Assembly (NCBI GenBank): GCA_051872395.1
Contig: JBJEDU010000035.1
Span: forward strand, 5,740 to 69,739
DNA from: Bacilli bacterium
GTDB taxonomy: Bacteria; Bacillota_I; Bacilli_A; RFN20; CAG-826
DNA: 64,000 nucleotides
Direction of reading: 5' to 3'
Below are positions 58,873-64,000 of the stretch, one piece after another. Every line of letters starts with the position of its first letter. Position 1 is the first letter of the stretch. A model generated the notes under the pieces. That model was not told the origin of the DNA, did no database searches, and saw only the letters and a program-made list of their open reading frames with translations. Both the position numbers and the translations under genes were made by a program.

Positions 58873-61231
58873 AAATTGAATTCATCCTTGTAATTTTTAT
58901 GTAATTAATACTGACGTTTCCTTCTTCAAGAAGAGAGATTCCATTCGCATATAAATCGCTTGGATAACTTCTCGCTGAAATTGTTTTTTGAGAATTGAAA
59001 TTAACTTCTATTTGACTTCTATCAACATATAAAACGAGTTGAACTTTGTTTTCACTAGTTTTATAAGTGAATGGAGAATAATAATAATCTCCACTGGTAT
59101 ATGAAGAATTTACTTGATTGAGTGAAGTATTAACTCCTCCAGTTGAGGTAGAACCATCAAAATAAACAATGGTTCTTTCTTCACTGATAGAAGATTCTCT
59201 TATATTGAGTTTTAAAGTTGAATTATTAGGAACAAATTCCATCTCTAATTTATACATATCGTCATCAAAATCTTTTAATGATTCGTTAAAAGAAGAAATG
59301 GATGGATTATTTGCTTCATAAATGATTTCACCTTCAATTCCTTCGGTATTGATGAAATCAATGCCTAAATCATTAGTGGAAGTATCATAAAATACTTTTC
59401 TAACGAGTCCAACATTATGCGACCACCCAGATTCCGAAAGAAGTGAGGAAGGGCGTTTTGATTGCATGATTGAAAAAATCATTGCATCATTACTAATCGG
59501 ATCAATGAATCCACTTGGACCAGTAAAAACATTTTGACCTAAGTCCATACGTCGAGGGTTGGAGAATGAAGGAATAAAACGACAATTAACTTTGTCAAAT
59601 TCGCCAATCCAATAGATAACATTGTTGTCTGCTGTGGTCGCAGGTGCTGGTGAAATTATAAAAACGTACTTATTGGTAGTATTTCCGTTTTCATCTTTTA
59701 AAGGTAATAAAACTGGAAGTTCCCATACATTGCCCATCTCTAACGATGCGACATTGTATTCAAATAGGTGACCACGATATTCCCAGTTATGAAAATAATC
59801 GACTTTATTGACATTCGTGGTATAAATAAGTGCAGTACCACATGAATTATTTTCATTACCACTTCCAATGACAAGGTAATAATTATCTCCATCTTTTAAG
59901 ATGGTCATATCTCTAAATTCATTGCTTCGACCTTGTCCTTGAAGTTGTGCGATAGCGAGTCGATCACTTACTTCCCATTCTGTTAAGTATGGATCAGATA
60001 AATCTTTTGGATAAGCAATACCAACATTTTGATTGCTCACTAATCCTGGATGAGCGTAGTTACCGGCAGTAAAAAATAAATAAGGAACTCCATCTTTATC
60101 GTAAGTTGATCCACCACTCCAGACACCATCAGGGCACACGGTACCATTTTTAAAGACGACAACTTCTTTTCTTGGTGTCCAATCAACCATATCAGTACTA
60201 GTTAAATGTCCCCAAACAATTCCTTGAGCGTCATTAAAATATGGTCCGTTAGGATTGCATTGATAAAATAAATGGTAGACCCCATTGTAATATATTGGAG
60301 CGTGTGGTTCATTCATCCAATGTTCATATGGACCACCATGATATTGTGGTTTATATAAATCATCAGTTAATGAATTTTGTAGCCATACATCGTTAAAATC
60401 ACATGTTTTGATATTGTGATTTTCATCTAGACATGATTCGTAATAACTTCTAATCGTTGAATACGATAAGGCTTTTTTATACATGCGTAACTCATCTAAT
60501 AAACCAGAAATCATTCCTTTGGAACAATCTCCACTTGAAGAAGTAACGCTATTTTTTCCTATTAATAATGGAATATCGTCCGCGCGAAGGATATAACTAT
60601 CTTTTTCAATTTCGACACGATTGATAATTTTTCCATTTCTAAATAATTGAAGTTCACCATTGACCCCATCAAATTTAGCGAGGACATGGTTCCATTCATA
60701 TTGGTCGAGTGGACTATTGACATCAGTAATTTCTACCCAGCCATTATTAGTGCCAACACCAAAATATATTTGGCCTTCTCTTTTATAGCCTAAGGTAAAG
60801 CCCATAGAAAAGGTATCATCTCGATAATATTGTGAAGCGACAGCTTGAATTATCGTGTCGCTTGTATTATTGATATCACTCCAGTTATAACTTCTTGGAG
60901 CAATCCAACAAGAAATAGTGAATTCTTTTCCAGAAACAGAAAATTTTTCACTATCGATTTCTCCATAAATTGAATATCCATCAAAGACCATCGCATCTTT
61001 AACTACACCATCTTTAAAAGGAACTTCTTGTCTTTCTAAAGTTGAAGAGTTATGAAGATGATAATTCATTTCCACACTATTAATTTTCTTTGTTGAATCA
61101 ACTAAAAGAGAAGAATCGTTTTTATCAAAAGCAAAATACGCAATCATCGATGAATTATAATTATCATTTGATGAAGAACAACCAGTTAACAATAATAATG
61201 AAGATAAAGCAATAATCGATATTTTTTTCAT
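58865..61231 (-). CDS. Surface lipoprotein GH32 with N-terminal LamG/concanavalin-like domain and WMNEP active-site block (putative endo-fructanase)
   Basis: Lipobox LLLLTGC; LamG-like region aa about 35-265; GH32 blocks WMNEPHA (Glu at nucleophile position, codon RC of 60308-60310), EFRDM, NVWELP. Confidence 0.85.
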   Translation of the reverse strand: MKKISIIALSSLLLLTGCSSSNDNYNSSMIAYFAFDKNDSSLLVDSTKKINSVEMNYHLHNSSTLERQEVPFKDGVVKDAMVFDGYSIYGEIDSEKFSVSGKEFTISCWIAPRSYNWSDINNTSDTIIQAVASQYYRDDTFSMGFTLGYKREGQIYFGVGTNNGWVEITDVNSPLDQYEWNHVLAKFDGVNGELQLFRNGKIINRVEIEKDSYILRADDIPLLIGKNSVTSSSGDCSKGMISGLLDELRMYKKALSYSTIRSYYESCLDENHNIKTCDFNDVWLQNSLTDDLYKPQYHGGPYEHWMNEPHAPIYYNGVYHLFYQCNPNGPYFNDAQGIVWGHLTSTDMVDWTPRKEVVVFKNGTVCPDGVWSGGSTYDKDGVPYLFFTAGNYAHPGLVSNQNVGIAYPKDLSDPYLTEWEVSDRLAIAQLQGQGRSNEFRDMTILKDGDNYYLVIGSGNENNSCGTALIYTTNVNKVDYFHNWEYRGHLFEYNVASLEMGNVWELPVLLPLKDENGNTTNKYVFIISPAPATTADNNVIYWIGEFDKVNCRFIPSFSNPRRMDLGQNVFTGPSGFIDPISNDAMIFSIMQSKRPSSLLSESGWSHNVGLVRKVFYDTSTNDLGIDFINTEGIEGEIIYEANNPSISSFNESLKDFDDDMYKLEMEFVPNNSTLKLNIRESSISEERTIVYFDGSTSTGGVNTSLNQVNSSYTSGDYYYSPFTYKTSENKVQLVLYVDRSQIEVNFNSQKTISARSYPSDLYANGISLLEEGNVSINYIKITRMNSIYE

Positions 61232-61233
61232 AA

Positions 61234-62145
61234 TTATTTTAATCCTGTAAAGGAAACTCCTTCGACGATATATTTTTGACAGAAAATATAGACGATCGCG
61301 ATTGGAATCGTCGATATAGTTAATGAGGCCATGACCATACCAATATCTCTTTGCGCTGCACTATTGACGACTTGAAGAAATACTTGTAAAGGTTGTTGGT
61401 CAGTCGTTGGGAACATCAATTGAGCGAAAATGTATTCGTTCCATTGTCCCATAAATGTAAAGATAGCCACTGTCGCAAAAATTGGTTTTGATAATGGAAC
61501 TATCATTTTGAAAAATACCCCAATACGAGAGCAACCATCAATTCTTGCCGCTTCTTCAATTTCCACTGGCATTCCTAAAAAATATTGACGGAACATATAG
61601 GTGTAAAACAAAGACGCAACGCTAGGTAATAAATAACCAATGACATTTAAAGGTTTGGCTAATAAACCTAAATAGTAAAGAACTAAATATGTTGGAACGA
61701 TACTCGTTTCAATTGGAATAATCATTAAAACCAAAATGATTGTTGTCATCAATTTATTTCCTGGAAATCTAATTTTCGCTAAAGCATAACCAGATAAAGA
61801 ATTAATGACGAGAACTGAAACAATCATCACACTACAATAGAGAATAGAATTGAGAATGGATTGACCAAAATTTTCCATCGAATTGAATAATTTGATATAA
61901 GAAACAAACCATTCAGTAATATTCCAACTAGGTGGGAAAAATGTCCATATTGTCGATAATTGACGATTGACAGTGTCATTGTCTTTGAATGAGTTTGAAA
62001 GCATCCAAATGACAGGGAATAAAAATATAAACGCCAGTAAAGCGCAGCAAATAGCCACAATCGCAGTCTTTAAAATCTTGCTAATTTTGATATTCTTTTT
62101 AACTTTTGAAATGTTTTCAACGTGAGATAAATATTCCATTTTCAT
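61234..62145 (-). CDS. Sugar ABC transporter permease (MalG/UgpE-like)
   Basis: 6 TM, EAA-type loop (EAARIDGCSRIGVFFKMIVPLSKP). Confidence 0.9.
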   Translation of the reverse strand: MKMEYLSHVENISKVKKNIKISKILKTAIVAICCALLAFIFLFPVIWMLSNSFKDNDTVNRQLSTIWTFFPPSWNITEWFVSYIKLFNSMENFGQSILNSILYCSVMIVSVLVINSLSGYALAKIRFPGNKLMTTIILVLMIIPIETSIVPTYLVLYYLGLLAKPLNVIGYLLPSVASLFYTYMFRQYFLGMPVEIEEAARIDGCSRIGVFFKMIVPLSKPIFATVAIFTFMGQWNEYIFAQLMFPTTDQQPLQVFLQVVNSAAQRDIGMVMASLTISTIPIAIVYIFCQKYIVEGVSFTGLK

Positions 62146-62149
62146 AAGA

Positions 62150-63085
62150 TTATGCCTCGTTATCTCCGCCTAAAGCTTTTCTTAATGTTAAGGAAACTGT
62201 GGCTAAAATGATGGTATAGAATAAGGCAATCGCGGATGAATATCCGACATCCTTATATGTAATACCTTGTTTGTAAATGTAATATGACATTGTAAGCGTA
62301 GAATCTAATGGTCCACCACCAGTCATAATCATTGGTTGAACACAAATTCTAAAAGCTCCAATTAGCATCGTAATGAAGACAAAAACCATCGTTGGTTTTA
62401 ATCCTGGAAGGGTGACATTAATAAATTTTTGCCATGCGTTAGCCCTATCGATATCAGCGGCTTCATAAACATCACGTGGAATATTTTTAAGACCACTTAA
62501 TAAAATTAACATTTGATATCCAGCGCCTTGCCAAGCAGAAATAAATATAATACTTCCCATCGCTAAATTTGGATCATCAAGGAAGGCGACCGGATTAGCA
62601 CCCATTGCCAGTAATAATGTATTAATTAAACCATTTTGAGTATTTAATAAATTCATCCATAGCATTGATGTGACCGCTAAAGATAACATAACAGGGACGA
62701 AAAACGCCCAACGGAGAAATGTATTAAATCTTTTAATTTTATTTAATAAAAGTGCTAAACCTAAAGCAGTACCGAATTGTAAAGGCATAACACCTAAAAC
62801 AAATATCGCGGTATTTCTTAAGGCAACAAGAATTTTTGTATCATGCACTAATCGGACAAAATTTTCAAATCCGACAAATTTCATTTGAGTTAATCGACCC
62901 ATATTCGCATCAGTAAACGCCATCGTTAAAGAGAAAGCAATTGGAATGAAAACGAATATGATAGATAAAATCATACAAGGCGCAATAAAGGCTAAACCCG
63001 TTAACGATTCGTTAACGGTGTATTCTTTTTTGCCGATTTTAAAGTGATTTTTCTTTCGCTTAAAAGCGATATTTTCAACAGTCAT
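62150..63085 (-). CDS. Sugar ABC transporter permease (MalF/UgpA-like)
   Basis: 6 TM, EAA loop (EAADIDRANAWQKFINVTLPGLKP). Confidence 0.9.
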   Translation of the reverse strand: MTVENIAFKRKKNHFKIGKKEYTVNESLTGLAFIAPCMILSIIFVFIPIAFSLTMAFTDANMGRLTQMKFVGFENFVRLVHDTKILVALRNTAIFVLGVMPLQFGTALGLALLLNKIKRFNTFLRWAFFVPVMLSLAVTSMLWMNLLNTQNGLINTLLLAMGANPVAFLDDPNLAMGSIIFISAWQGAGYQMLILLSGLKNIPRDVYEAADIDRANAWQKFINVTLPGLKPTMVFVFITMLIGAFRICVQPMIMTGGGPLDSTLTMSYYIYKQGITYKDVGYSSAIALFYTIILATVSLTLRKALGGDNEA

Positions 63086-63086
63086 A

Positions 63087-64000
63087 TTAGCCTCTTGAAG
63101 CGTCGACTACACTCATCAATTCTTGAATTTTATTTTTTAAGTTATAGTTAGAAACAATGTTCATATTCTTGATGTATTCAAGAACACTACCATACGCATC
63201 TTTTAATTGAGGATATTTGACCATTTTAGGTCTAGTAAATGTATTAGCTTGTAAATAGATTGATAATGAATGAGCAGGACCAGTTGATAATTCATCCATT
63301 GTGGAAAGAAGTGTTTTGTTTGTTGGGAATGTACCAATCGCGTCATACATCATTCTCGATGCACTTTCGCCAGTGAGGTATTTAACCGCAATCGCTGCGG
63401 CTTCAAGATTTTTACTATCTTTGGTAATACCAAATCCATAACTACCACATGGAGAAGCAAAAATATTGCTCTTATTTCCATTTTCGTCTTCATAAACTGG
63501 ATAAGGCATAATATCGTATTGATCTTTTAACGAAGAAGTACCTTTGGAAATCTTTCTAGCATCCCATGGACCATGAATTTGGAAAGGAATTTGTTCTAAA
63601 ACGAAAGCACTATCACTAGTTCCAGAATAGACCCAAGATTCATTATTAGAAAGTCCAGTTTTGGAATAAAACATTTCTAGTTGAGCAATTCCACTGACAG
63701 CGTTATCTGTCGTCAATGCTTCAGTGACATGGTCGTCAGTGCCAAAGGTTGCTCCTGCCGAATACACTAATGGAGAATATAAATACATATATCCATCAGT
63801 GCCAAAACCAGTATTTAAGGCAATTTGATATGGTTGATTTGCCGCTTTTAATCTAATTTGGGCATCATGAACATCTTTGAATGACCAAGGATTTTCAAGC
63901 GTACCAAAATCCGCGTCAGTGTAACCAACTTTATATAACATTGCTTTGTTATAATATAATCCACCTGGGGCTTCCATCCCACTAAGTGAATATAATTTTC
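63087..64000 (-). CDS. Extracellular solute-binding protein of sugar ABC transporter (C-terminal part; 5' end beyond window)
   Basis: Open frame continues to window edge; family-1 SBP-like sequence; position upstream of permeases. Confidence 0.8.
   Translation of the reverse strand, partial: KLYSLSGMEAPGGLYYNKAMLYKVGYTDADFGTLENPWSFKDVHDAQIRLKAANQPYQIALNTGFGTDGYMYLYSPLVYSAGATFGTDDHVTEALTTDNAVSGIAQLEMFYSKTGLSNNESWVYSGTSDSAFVLEQIPFQIHGPWDARKISKGTSSLKDQYDIMPYPVYEDENGNKSNIFASPCGSYGFGITKDSKNLEAAAIAVKYLTGESASRMMYDAIGTFPTNKTLLSTMDELSTGPAHSLSIYLQANTFTRPKMVKYPQLKDAYGSVLEYIKNMNIVSNYNLKNKIQELMSVVDASRG

Noticed and set aside
1-64000. tRNA/rRNA genes, CRISPR arrays, IS elements, integrases, phage genes
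   Set aside because: No intergenic gap larger than about 240 bp, no direct-repeat arrays, no transposase or integrase-like ORFs detected by eye.

Overview
The window is low-GC (roughly 27-30%) chromosomal DNA from a Firmicutes-type anaerobe. TGA is used as a stop codon (ATGA overlap at 31543-31546), so this is not a code-4 Mycoplasma; the gene content looks Erysipelotrichia- or Clostridia-like. It is densely coding, with no rRNA, tRNA, CRISPR array or mobile element visible.

Gene order, start to end:
- (a) The 5' part of secA, then comFA and comFC.
- (b) A CadC-like ArsR repressor and a P1B-type Cd/Zn ATPase, with two tandem 20-bp palindromic operators upstream.
- (c) rpiB, tsaC, prmC and prfA.
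- (d) On the plus strand, a classic replication/housekeeping operon: dnaX, ybaB, recR, tmk, holB, PSP1/yaaT and rsmI.
- (e) A YfhO-family membrane protein and typA.
- (f) A DUF1538-like duplicated membrane protein with two small P-II-like proteins.
- (g) lemA with an unknown 595-aa membrane partner, an RluA-family pseudouridine synthase, and a MacB/FtsX-type ABC exporter.
- (h) A lipoprotein metallophosphoesterase, a RimK-like ATP-grasp protein and a membrane-anchored GNAT.
- (i) glnA translationally coupled to glmS, with no glmS ribozyme.
- (j) A redox/H2-sensing locus: rex, adhE, a 2Fe-2S ferredoxin, a sensory [FeFe]-hydrogenase HydS with Cx2Cx4Cx16C and PAS modules, a PP2C phosphatase, an [FeFe]-hydrogenase-like protein and a beta-helix protein.
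- (k) A monocistronic ATP-grasp gene.
- (l) A Gram-positive fructan utilisation locus: a LacI regulator, a fructokinase, a MalK-type ATPase carrying a ~260-aa C-terminal extension, two ABC permeases and a partial binding protein. It also holds three GH32 enzymes (one intracellular; one surface exo-type with a CBM; one surface enzyme with WMNEP in place of WMNDPNG and a LamG-like domain, consistent with endo action) and two surface proteins built from repeated CBM_4_9-like beta-sandwich modules.

The most interesting regions are the HydS-PP2C-hydrogenase-Rex-AdhE regulatory cluster, the CBM-repeat fructan locus, and the DUF1538/P-II module.
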